Assembly: GCF_000022265.1 (NCBI RefSeq)
Contig: NC_011979.1
Coordinates: 2,430,001 to 2,462,000 of the forward strand
DNA: 32,000 bases
Origin: Geotalea daltonii FRC-32
GTDB taxonomy: Bacteria; Desulfobacterota; Desulfuromonadia; Geobacterales; Geobacteraceae
Direction: 5' to 3'
Shown here: in pieces, positions 25,656 to 32,000 of the stretch
Layout of the letters: each line of letters begins with the position of its first letter
Numbering within the stretch: position 1 is the stretch's first letter
Notes under the pieces: generated by a model
The model's database searches: none
Seen by the model: only the letters and a program-made list of their open reading frames with translations
What the model was told of the DNA's origin: nothing
Position numbers and translations under genes: made by a program

Positions 25656-26336
25656 ATGAGTGAAAAATTTACTGGTTTTCCCCCTTCAGCAATTCAGTTT
25701 CTCAGAACACTGCGTGAAAACAACAGCAAGGCGTGGTTTGACCTGCATAAACCGGATTATCAGAATGATCTTCTGAAACCGTTGCAGGCTCTGGCTGCCG
25801 GGCTTGGACCATTGATGTTAAGCATTGACCCCGATTTGGAAGTGACCCCGGCAATAAACAGAACCATCTCCCGCATCTACCGGGACACGCGATTTTCCAG
25901 GGATAAGTCCCCATATAAGACCAGCCACTGGATTACATTCAAGCGATTGCGGCAGGAATGGAAGGATTACCCGGCGTTCTTCTTTGAGATATCACCAGAC
26001 TCGTATCGGTACGGTATGGGATTCTACAGCGCCAGCCGCCAGACCATGGATAATTTCCGTACTGCTGTCGATATGAATCCGAAGAAATTTCTTACGGCGA
26101 TTTCGTTCTACTCAAACAACAAAATCTTCACGATTGAAGGCGAGCAGTACAAGCGACCATTGAAAGCAGACATCTCGATGGAATTACAGGCCTGGTACAA
26201 TCGCAAAAGTGTGTACCTTGTCAGCAATCATCAAATAGATGGGAACTTCATTGACAAAAAACTGATCAAGGAATTGCAGTACGGATTTGAAATGTTAGCT
26301 CCTTTCTATCATTACCTGTGCAAGGTGGCTGGTTAA
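25656..26336 (+). CDS. DUF2461 (TIGR02453)-family protein
   Basis: F.GFPPSAIQFLRTLRENNSKAWFDLHKPDYQ and RIYRDTRFSRDKSPYKT match the family signature. The start is uncertain: ATG 25656 or TTG 25641. Confidence 0.7.
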   Translation: MSEKFTGFPPSAIQFLRTLRENNSKAWFDLHKPDYQNDLLKPLQALAAGLGPLMLSIDPDLEVTPAINRTISRIYRDTRFSRDKSPYKTSHWITFKRLRQEWKDYPAFFFEISPDSYRYGMGFYSASRQTMDNFRTAVDMNPKKFLTAISFYSNNKIFTIEGEQYKRPLKADISMELQAWYNRKSVYLVSNHQIDGNFIDKKLIKELQYGFEMLAPFYHYLCKVAG

Positions 26337-26460
26337 AATGTTCAACAATCGGGTGCTGCTGTTTTTCCGCATTACTACACAGCAGAATCTCCGGGTACCG
26401 GCCGAACTGTTGAGCTCACAAAAGTATCCCCAGGCCACATCTTTCTCCCATTGAGAAATT

Positions 26461-27012
26461 ATGAACAAACATTTTGAAGACCTTCTTTTCAATACGAATT
26501 TGGACCTGAGCCTGAGTGTGATTAACAGGGACAATCTATCGCAGTTATCGGTAACTTCCCGGATTGGCGCACCGAGAGTATTCCTTGGCCTCCTCTTCGG
26601 CATTCCCTGTCTGGTTCTGCTCTTCTACGGGGTACGCCACCAGGGGATATATATCCTTCTTTCACTGGTCTTTTGCCCGCCCCTTGCAATTCTCAGTCTT
26701 CTGTTCGGTCTGACCAGACAGAAAAAGACCTTCATCCCCTCCCACGGCGTGGCGATCAAATCCTGCAGCCTGCTCCACATCCAGCGTGATATGCCCGTCC
26801 AGCTCCCAAAGAATGGCGTGTTGCAGGCCTATAAGCGATGGAGTTCCGGAGGCGAATCCGGGGGTGGTTGCTACTTCTATCATGTGGAGATTCAGGGATT
26901 GAAGGGCTTTGGCTTCTGCATCGCCAAAAATAAGAAAAAACGGGATGACTTTGCAACTGATCTTGCCAAATTTCTGGGCTATGAAGTTCGTGATCAGGAT
27001 GGGCAGTTATGA
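26461..27012 (+). CDS. Hypothetical two-TM membrane protein
   Basis: The 183-aa ORF is AT-richer than its surroundings and has two hydrophobic helices (VFLGLLFGIPCLVLLFYGV, IYILLSLVFCPPLAILSLLFGL). It has no clear SD and no recognisable domain. Confidence 0.4.
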   Translation: MNKHFEDLLFNTNLDLSLSVINRDNLSQLSVTSRIGAPRVFLGLLFGIPCLVLLFYGVRHQGIYILLSLVFCPPLAILSLLFGLTRQKKTFIPSHGVAIKSCSLLHIQRDMPVQLPKNGVLQAYKRWSSGGESGGGCYFYHVEIQGLKGFGFCIAKNKKKRDDFATDLAKFLGYEVRDQDGQL

Positions 27013-27058
27013 ATGGTAAGGCGTGGGCAAGCCTTGCTGAACGTTGACTGAAGGAAAT

Positions 27059-27460
27059 TCAAACTGTCCAATCAAGAAGGTTGATGGAGGGGACGCGCAA
27101 AAACTCGCGGGTGTTATTTGTAACCAGAGGGATTCCCAATGATACGGCGTGAGCGGCAATGAGCATATCCATGGAACCAATGGGGGAGCCGGCTTTTTCA
27201 AGAGTCGATCTGATATCTCCATAAACGTGGGCAGCCGCTTCATCATAAGCGACCACCTCCAGGGGGATGATGAACTCGTCGAGAGCTTTGGCGTTTTTTT
27301 CTCGGTGAGCGCTTTTTGCGACCCCGTAGCGCAGTTCGGAGAGGGTTATGGAGGAAATGCCAATGTCACCGATCTCGTACTCCAGAAAATGCTTCAACAC
27401 GGTGTCCGGCTGTTGCTTGATGATATAAATACAGATATTGGTGTCGAGCAGCAGTTTCAT
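27059..27460 (-). CDS. vapC: VapC PIN-domain toxin (MvpT/initiator-tRNA endonuclease-like)
   Basis: PIN acidic residues are in context: LLDTNICIY, SSITLSELRYG, GSMDMLIAAHA and LVTNNTREF. This closely resembles enteric VapC/MvpT. It overlaps the vapB stop by 1 nt. Confidence 0.9.
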   Translation of the reverse strand: MKLLLDTNICIYIIKQQPDTVLKHFLEYEIGDIGISSITLSELRYGVAKSAHREKNAKALDEFIIPLEVVAYDEAAAHVYGDIRSTLEKAGSPIGSMDMLIAAHAVSLGIPLVTNNTREFLRVPSINLLDWTV

Positions 27461-27687
27461 CAGAAATTTTCCCGCTTGTCCTGTTCAGGTTGTATGCGTT
27501 CAGACATGAAGTCGCTTGAGAATTTTTTGAGACTGCCGAATAAAGAATCCCACGAATCGCTCCGGGGGATCAATTGGACGATGTTGCCGCATTTCTTTAT
27601 GAATACCTCGCTGTCATCGAAGCGAAATTCCTTAGGGAGCCTGACTGCCTGGCTTTGTCCATTTTGAAATATTTTTGCTGTTTTCAT
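27460..27687 (-). CDS. vapB: VapB antitoxin (AbrB/SpoVT-type)
   Basis: The 75-aa product starts MKTAKIFQNGQSQAVRLPKEFRF, a swapped-hairpin AbrB motif. A GGAGG SD lies upstream. Confidence 0.85.
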   Translation of the reverse strand: MKTAKIFQNGQSQAVRLPKEFRFDDSEVFIKKCGNIVQLIPRSDSWDSLFGSLKKFSSDFMSERIQPEQDKRENF

Positions 27688-27703
27688 GATCGGCCTCCAG
27701 GTT

Positions 27704-27726
27704 AATATATACCTTAAGTATATATT
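27704..27726 (-). promoter_or_regulatory. Palindromic operator candidate upstream of vapBC
   Basis: A perfect 9-bp inverted repeat AATATATAC-cttaa-GTATATATT lies 17-39 nt upstream of the vapB start. This is the usual position for VapBC autoregulation. Confidence 0.5.
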
Positions 27727-27816
27727 TGGGTTTTCGGGCTGGCAAGTGAAATTTCAACCGCGAGAGCAAAAATGAGATCCAAAAAAGGCTTGCCTGCCCC
27801 CTTTCTCTCTATAGAA

Positions 27817-28188
27817 CTACCACGTTTGAGTTACAGAATCAGGAGTTACCGCCAGGGTGGCGCGCAACCAATCGAATTTCGACTTGAGCAGATCGAAATC
27901 GGGGCCGGAAGTGATGAAGGCTGCCTTGCCCTTGATGAGAAAACCGGCGCCCGGGCCATGCAGGCCTTGCACTTTGCTGCTCCCCAGGGTAATGAGAACC
28001 TCGGGATTATAGGCTATGTTCTTCTCGGTTTTATGCATGTAACCGGCGGGGATCAACAGGCGGCCATCGGCGGAGATCCGGATGTAACTGTTCCAGGTAT
28101 TGACCATATGCGGCCCATCCTGGCCTAAAGTAGCGATGGCAACTACGCCGTCCTGTTTCAGTATCTCCAGCAGCTTTTCGGGAATCAT
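27817..28188 (-). CDS. Pyridoxamine 5'-phosphate oxidase-like FMN-binding split-barrel protein
   Basis: An internal ATG at 28188 is preceded by AGGAGG at 8 nt. KQDGVVAIATLGQDGPHMVNTW and the overall ~123-aa size fit the PNPOx-like fold. The longer ORF-track start has no RBS. Confidence 0.6.
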   Translation of the reverse strand: MIPEKLLEILKQDGVVAIATLGQDGPHMVNTWNSYIRISADGRLLIPAGYMHKTEKNIAYNPEVLITLGSSKVQGLHGPGAGFLIKGKAAFITSGPDFDLLKSKFDWLRATLAVTPDSVTQTW

Positions 28189-28389
28189 CGATACTACCTC
28201 CTGTGATTGTGTTGTTGTAAGAGTACGTGTTCTGTGGGGGAAGGCGATTGCAAAGGTAGTAATGGTACCCGATGGCGAGCGTCTGGTCAACGGCATACTC
28301 TTAAGTAGACCTCATCCTCAGGTTTCGTGAGACTTGTACCTGGAGTTTTTTGAGCAGCCCTACATTCTGTGACTTTTGTCAGCAATCTG

Positions 28390-28417
28390 AGCCCGCACCT
28401 GCTGCGGGCTTTTTTTT
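28390..28417 (+). terminator. Strong rho-independent terminator with no + strand gene upstream
   Basis: The 8-bp GC-rich stem AGCCCGCA-cctgc-TGCGGGCT runs into an 8-T tract (28410-17) that shares its first T with the stem. The nearest upstream gene is on the minus strand. Confidence 0.6.
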
Positions 28418-28427
28418 ATTCCTCCCC

Positions 28428-28482
28428 CGAAAGACATTTCGCTGAAAATTCTTCTTTGTACCCTTTTCCGAAATCCATTTCG
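28428..28482 (+). promoter_or_regulatory. Two related palindromes; candidate enhancer-binding-protein sites
   Basis: CGAAAgacaTTTCG (28428-28441) and CGAAAtccaTTTCG (28469-28482) are 41 bp apart centre to centre. They lie about 35-90 nt upstream of the -24 element. Confidence 0.4.
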
Positions 28483-28514
28483 CATATGCCATTGTGAATT
28501 CAATAGCTTATGAC

Positions 28515-28529
28515 TGGCACATCCCTTGC
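28515..28529 (+). promoter_or_regulatory. Sigma-54 (RpoN) -24/-12 promoter
   Basis: TGGCAC (28515-28520), 5 nt, then TTGC (28526-28529) is an exact match to the TGGCAC-N5-TTGC core. It lies about 50 nt upstream of ATG 28580. Confidence 0.6.
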
Positions 28530-28579
28530 CGTAGTTATGGTGTCGTCTTTTCAATCAAGCTTGCGCACAGGAGGTACCA

Positions 28580-29239
28580 ATGCACGATATTGACAGGACA
28601 TGGAACGAATTTGGTTCAGGCGAGACTGAGATGGGGGAAACAGGTTTCGAGTTCGACCAGGAGATCGGCCAGGAGATCGGCCAAAGTGGAGAAACGTCTA
28701 GTCCCTTTTCTGAACTGCAGGAAATGGAACTGGCCGCGGAACTTCTTTCGGTCAACAATGAGTCGGAGCTTAACAACTTTCTTGGCTCCCTGATCAGGAA
28801 AGCGGGCAGTGCGGCGGGAAGTTTCATTTCCTCGCCTACTGGTCAGGCTCTGGGGGGGATACTGAAACAGGCGGCAAAAAAGGCGTTGCCGGTTGTCGGC
28901 AGTGCCATTGGCGGGTACTTCGGCGGGTCCACCGGTGCAAACATAGGCGGCAAGCTGGCTTCTTCCGCTGGCAAAGCACTAGGCCTTGAATTGGAAGGGA
29001 TGAGCCAGGAAGACCGGGAATTTGAAGTTGCCCGCCATTTTGTCAGGTTTGGCGGAGCGACCGTCAAAAGAGTGTTGCAGACATCAGGGTTCAGCCCGCA
29101 GGCCGTTAACCGGGCTGCAGTGGCAGCGGCCCAGCAATATCTGCCCGGACTGGTCGGAGGTGCTACCGTCGGGCAGAGTTGCGGCAGAGGTGGCAGGTGG
29201 TACCGCCGCGGCAACAAGGTAATTCTCGTGGGCCTGTGA
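28580..29239 (+). CDS. Hypothetical protein, paralogue A: acidic N-terminal region + glycine-zipper region + basic C-terminal RRG motif
   Basis: AGGAGG (28569-28574) lies 5 nt before the ATG. The 219-aa product shares block-wise conserved motifs with the next ORF. I recognise no family. Confidence 0.7.
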   Translation: MHDIDRTWNEFGSGETEMGETGFEFDQEIGQEIGQSGETSSPFSELQEMELAAELLSVNNESELNNFLGSLIRKAGSAAGSFISSPTGQALGGILKQAAKKALPVVGSAIGGYFGGSTGANIGGKLASSAGKALGLELEGMSQEDREFEVARHFVRFGGATVKRVLQTSGFSPQAVNRAAVAAAQQYLPGLVGGATVGQSCGRGGRWYRRGNKVILVGL

Positions 29240-29284
29240 CAACCATTGAAGGACCTAAATCACTTTTGGAAAAAGGAGGCATCC

Positions 29285-29983
29285 ATGTGGGAACAGCAGG
29301 AATTCGGCACGGAAATGCAGGAGCAGGGTGAGAACTACGAGATGTTCGGCGAGATGCCTGAGATGAGCGGCGAATTTCAGGGAGAATCCCCCCTGAACGA
29401 GATGCAAGAAATGGAGCTGGCGGCAGAACTGCTCTCCATCAGCAATGAGCGGGAACTGGAGCAGTTTCTGGGCAGCCTGGTGAAGAAGGCAGCGGGTTTT
29501 ATTAAAAGTCCGATCGGCAAGGCTCTGGGTGGTGTTCTCAAGGGTATTGCCAAAAAAGCACTCCCCATTGTTGGCGGGGCCATTGGCAGTTTTGTCGCTC
29601 CGGGTGTAGGGACGGCAATCGGATCTTCCCTGGGGTCGGCAGCAGGCAAGATGTTCGGCCTGGAACTGGAAGGAATGAGCAATGAAGACAAGGAATTCGA
29701 GGTAGCGCGCCGATATGTGCGCCTGGCCACGGCAGCGGCGCGACGGGCGGCATATGCTCCGTCACGCATGCCGCCCCATATGGCTGCGCGACAGGCGGTG
29801 ATGATTGCAGCGCGCAGATATGCACCAGGTCTCATTAGCTTCCAGCAGCAAAACGGAAATGCTGAACCGTGGAGCAGCGGAGGGGATATGGGAACCGACG
29901 GTTTTCAACAGCAGGATATGGGGGAAAGGAACAGCGGACGCTGGGTTCGTCGCGGGCGGAATATCATAATACTTGGAGCATGA
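29285..29983 (+). CDS. Hypothetical protein, paralogue B of the preceding gene
   Basis: AGGAGG (29274-29279) lies 5 nt before ATG 29285; the ORF-track TTG at 29246 is unlikely. Blocks shared with paralogue A are QEMELAAELLS, FLGSL, ALGG.LK..AKKALP.VG.AIG, GLELEGMS.ED.EFEVAR and GRW.RRG..(V/I)IL.G at the C-terminus. Confidence 0.7.
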   Translation: MWEQQEFGTEMQEQGENYEMFGEMPEMSGEFQGESPLNEMQEMELAAELLSISNERELEQFLGSLVKKAAGFIKSPIGKALGGVLKGIAKKALPIVGGAIGSFVAPGVGTAIGSSLGSAAGKMFGLELEGMSNEDKEFEVARRYVRLATAAARRAAYAPSRMPPHMAARQAVMIAARRYAPGLISFQQQNGNAEPWSSGGDMGTDGFQQQDMGERNSGRWVRRGRNIIILGA

Positions 29984-31296
29984 ACCCGGCCATGGATAAT
30001 GCGGCGCTGCAAATACTCAAAGGTGAGGCGCAAAGCCTGATCACCCGCATTGATAGAATGGAGCCATTCGCGCTGCGCATGCCGATGGTTCTTGCCGCTG
30101 CGGTTCCCCTTCCGGCACAGGTTGCCATAGAGCGTCACCTGTCCGGAAAAAGGCTCAAAATGCGCGCCATGATGACGGGGTATCTCAAGTGGTTGGAGAG
30201 CCCGGAAGGACGCGCGGCATCTCCTTCTCTGGCCCAACGGCGTTTCTCGTTTTTGCGATTAAGGTTCATTGCCATTCTCGCCCAGCTGGACATCTTTGCC
30301 ATTGTCTTCAACCAGCGCAGCGAGCACGACACCGGGATCTGGCTTTCAGGGCTCGATGTGTTCGCCGCTGATGCCCTTACTCTTCCGGGAAAGTACTACC
30401 AAGCTCCACCTGTCATCTGTTTTCTCGAGAGAAGTCCTGGAGCGGCTATTCGACGGGCGAGGACGAGGCTTCCCGGCGGCGATGACAACCCGGTTGCTGT
30501 CATCCAGATTCCCCGGGAGCGGATGATCGGCGGTGGGATTGCATCATCGCTGGTGCATGAAGTGGGGCATCAGGGGGCGGCACTGCTGGATCTGGTGACT
30601 TCCTTGCGCATTGAACTGCAAAAGAGGAAGCGTAACGCCGGAAATGACCAGATTGCCTGGCGCTGTTGGGACCGGTGGACTTCGGAGATTGTGGCTGATC
30701 TGTGGGCAGTGGCCAGACTGGGAGTCTCTGCCACCGTTGGCCTGATGACGGTGGTGGGGTTGCCGAAACCATTCATGTTTCGTGTCGATTTCGAAGATCC
30801 CCATCCGGCACCTTGGATCAGGGTTATGCTTTCCTGTGCCATGGGGCAGGAACTGTACCCTCATTCCCAGTGGCAGGCACTGGCGAAAAACTGGGAGGCA
30901 TTCTATCCCTGTGAGGGATTGGAGGCCGGAAGACTGCGGCTGTTTGCCCTTTTGCAAAAGACGATGCCGGAATTTGTCAAGTGGCTGGTGCACTACCGCC
31001 CGAAGGCCTTGCGCGGGAAGACCCTGCAAGATGCACTCTCGAACACTGATCTGCAACCGGCGCGCCTCGGGGCTATATATAAATCGTGGAAAGAAATGCC
31101 GCAGCTGATAAAGACCGCTTCTCCCACCCTTGTATTTGCCGTCATCGGCCAGGCGAAAATGAATGGACTGATAACCGCTGAAGAGGAAAGCCGGGTTTTG
31201 GCTGATATGCTCAGGTACTGGGCGCTGAAAATAACCCTGGACACAACGGCAGTATGTGCAGGAATGTCGCGTGCCCATCAACCGTTGACTGTCTGA
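29980..31296 (+). CDS. HExxH zinc-metallopeptidase-like protein (gluzincin-type HEVGH ... SEIVAD)
   Basis: ATG 29980 overlaps the upstream TGA (ATGA), and GGAG lies at 29974-29977. The product carries SSLVHEVGHQG and, about 40 aa downstream, WTSEIVADLWA, which resembles the ExxAD third-ligand helix of M48/M78-type peptidases. Confidence 0.65.
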   Translation: MNPAMDNAALQILKGEAQSLITRIDRMEPFALRMPMVLAAAVPLPAQVAIERHLSGKRLKMRAMMTGYLKWLESPEGRAASPSLAQRRFSFLRLRFIAILAQLDIFAIVFNQRSEHDTGIWLSGLDVFAADALTLPGKYYQAPPVICFLERSPGAAIRRARTRLPGGDDNPVAVIQIPRERMIGGGIASSLVHEVGHQGAALLDLVTSLRIELQKRKRNAGNDQIAWRCWDRWTSEIVADLWAVARLGVSATVGLMTVVGLPKPFMFRVDFEDPHPAPWIRVMLSCAMGQELYPHSQWQALAKNWEAFYPCEGLEAGRLRLFALLQKTMPEFVKWLVHYRPKALRGKTLQDALSNTDLQPARLGAIYKSWKEMPQLIKTASPTLVFAVIGQAKMNGLITAEEESRVLADMLRYWALKITLDTTAVCAGMSRAHQPLTV

Positions 31297-31361
31297 AGGA
31301 AAAGGAGATGTCTGCATCACTATCCGCGCATAGGCCCCAAGTAAGATAACAGGAGGATGTC

Positions 31362-32000
31362 ATGAAAAAAGACGAGATCAATGCCGACGTAAAGATAACG
31401 CCGAAAAAGCCTGATCCAAAGAAGGGTGATCGGATTCTTGAAGAGGGGATAAAAATCACCGGTGATGCTGCTGATCTGCTTCGTAAAGCACTGGCAGAGC
31501 CAAAGGAAGTTACGCTGACCCGTCCGGAAGCATTACCCACCGATGACCAGGCACTCTGGGTAGCCATCCGCAACAGGACGACGGCCGTCAATTTCGAGCG
31601 GTATCGAAATTTCATAGGCAGGGTCTTCTGTGACGACGGGGGAAATGAACAGAAACGGTATTTCAGAGGGAAGAGCGATCAGCTTAAGGATGTGAGAAAC
31701 TTCGATGCACGCCTCAGCATTAATTCCATCGATTCCTATAACGTATTGCGGTTTGCCACCGAAATCTTCCTCATAATGGAATGCGGCGTGGTTATTGACA
31801 AGACCGGGGACCCGCTCTTTGGTGAAGATGAGGAAAACATCCGTTCCATCAATTTCGAGGAGGCAGACAGTTTCGAGGAAATCAAGGAAAGGCTGCAAAA
31901 TTATCTGGGCAATACCACCTATCTTCCTTACCTGGACCGGATTCTCAATGCCCTGATCGAGGACTGGAAACTGGAGGAGAAAACGAATCCTTACTGCGGC
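31362..32000 (+). CDS. Hypothetical protein, N-terminal 213 aa only (continues beyond the window)
   Basis: AGGAGG (31351-31356) lies 5 nt before ATG 31362. My own translation (MKKDEINADVKITPKKPDPKKGD...ALWVAIRNRTTAVNFERYRNF...YLPYLDRILNAL...NPYCG) is open to the window end. The ORF is missing from the ORF track, probably because it has no stop codon. I recognise no domain. Confidence 0.6.
   Translation, partial: MKKDEINADVKITPKKPDPKKGDRILEEGIKITGDAADLLRKALAEPKEVTLTRPEALPTDDQALWVAIRNRTTAVNFERYRNFIGRVFCDDGGNEQKRYFRGKSDQLKDVRNFDARLSINSIDSYNVLRFATEIFLIMECGVVIDKTGDPLFGEDEENIRSINFEEADSFEEIKERLQNYLGNTTYLPYLDRILNALIEDWKLEEKTNPYCG

Noticed and set aside
28100-28554. Small ORFs in the control region of the novel operon: 28100-28330 (+), 28360-28554 (-) and 28494-28793 (+).
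   Set aside because: They have no convincing RBS, and they overlap the PNPOx-like gene, the terminator hairpin, or the promoter and SD of the 28580 gene. The region is better explained by regulatory elements.
30544-31320. A 258-aa minus-strand ORF opposite the HExxH gene. Similar ORFs lie at 29377-29835 and 28843-29217, opposite the paralogue genes.
   Set aside because: These are shadow frames inside a tightly coupled + strand operon, with no RBS and no motifs.
1-32000. A search for CRISPR arrays, IS elements or transposases, integrases, prophage genes, rRNA and tRNA.
   Set aside because: I saw no regularly spaced direct repeats, no DDE, serine or tyrosine recombinase motifs in any long ORF, and no rRNA or tRNA-like conserved strings beyond the rejected fragment.

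Overview
This window looks like a moderately GC-rich Geobacter/Desulfuromonadales-type chromosome. That assignment is inferred from gene content and sequence style only, because there is no rRNA or tRNA to confirm it. All family calls come from motifs recognised by eye in the ORF track; no database search was possible.

I support about 35 protein genes. I found no rRNA, tRNA, CRISPR array, transposase or integrase.

- **1-9.4 kb, acyl-CoA cluster.** It contains an acyl-CoA dehydrogenase (5' partial), a porin-like beta-barrel, a small lipoprotein and two paralogous acetyl-CoA hydrolase/transferase-family enzymes. The second transferase is fused to a Pat-type GNAT. An overlapping HDAC-family deacetylase follows. 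After a 535-bp repeat-rich gap comes an AMP-forming acyl-CoA synthetase.
- **9.5-14.5 kb, mixed functions.** These are a stand-alone Cache protein, a CsbD-like protein, an AI-2E-type permease, a signal-peptide-bearing FmdE-like protein and a CBS-type family II pyrophosphatase.
- **14.5-15.2 kb, non-coding gap (729 bp).** It carries a cluster of DnaA boxes followed by nested inverted repeats.
- **15.2-25.4 kb.** It contains a small membrane protein, a fatty-acid hydroxylase-family protein, two secreted Cys/His-motif proteins and a PAS histidine kinase with a single-domain response regulator. These are followed by a THUMP protein, LrgAB, shikimate kinase and a leaderless arsR with acr3.
- **25.4-28.3 kb, AT-richer accessory stretch.** It contains a DUF2461-like protein, a membrane hypothetical, vapBC and a PNPOx-like protein.
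- **28.4-32.0 kb, the most interesting region.** A terminator-insulated sigma-54 promoter with two upstream palindromes drives four genes:
  - two paralogous proteins, each with an acidic N-terminal half and a glycine-zipper region;
  - a translationally coupled HExxH peptidase-like protein;
  - a large unrecognisable protein that runs off the window.

  I cannot assign this operon to any described system.
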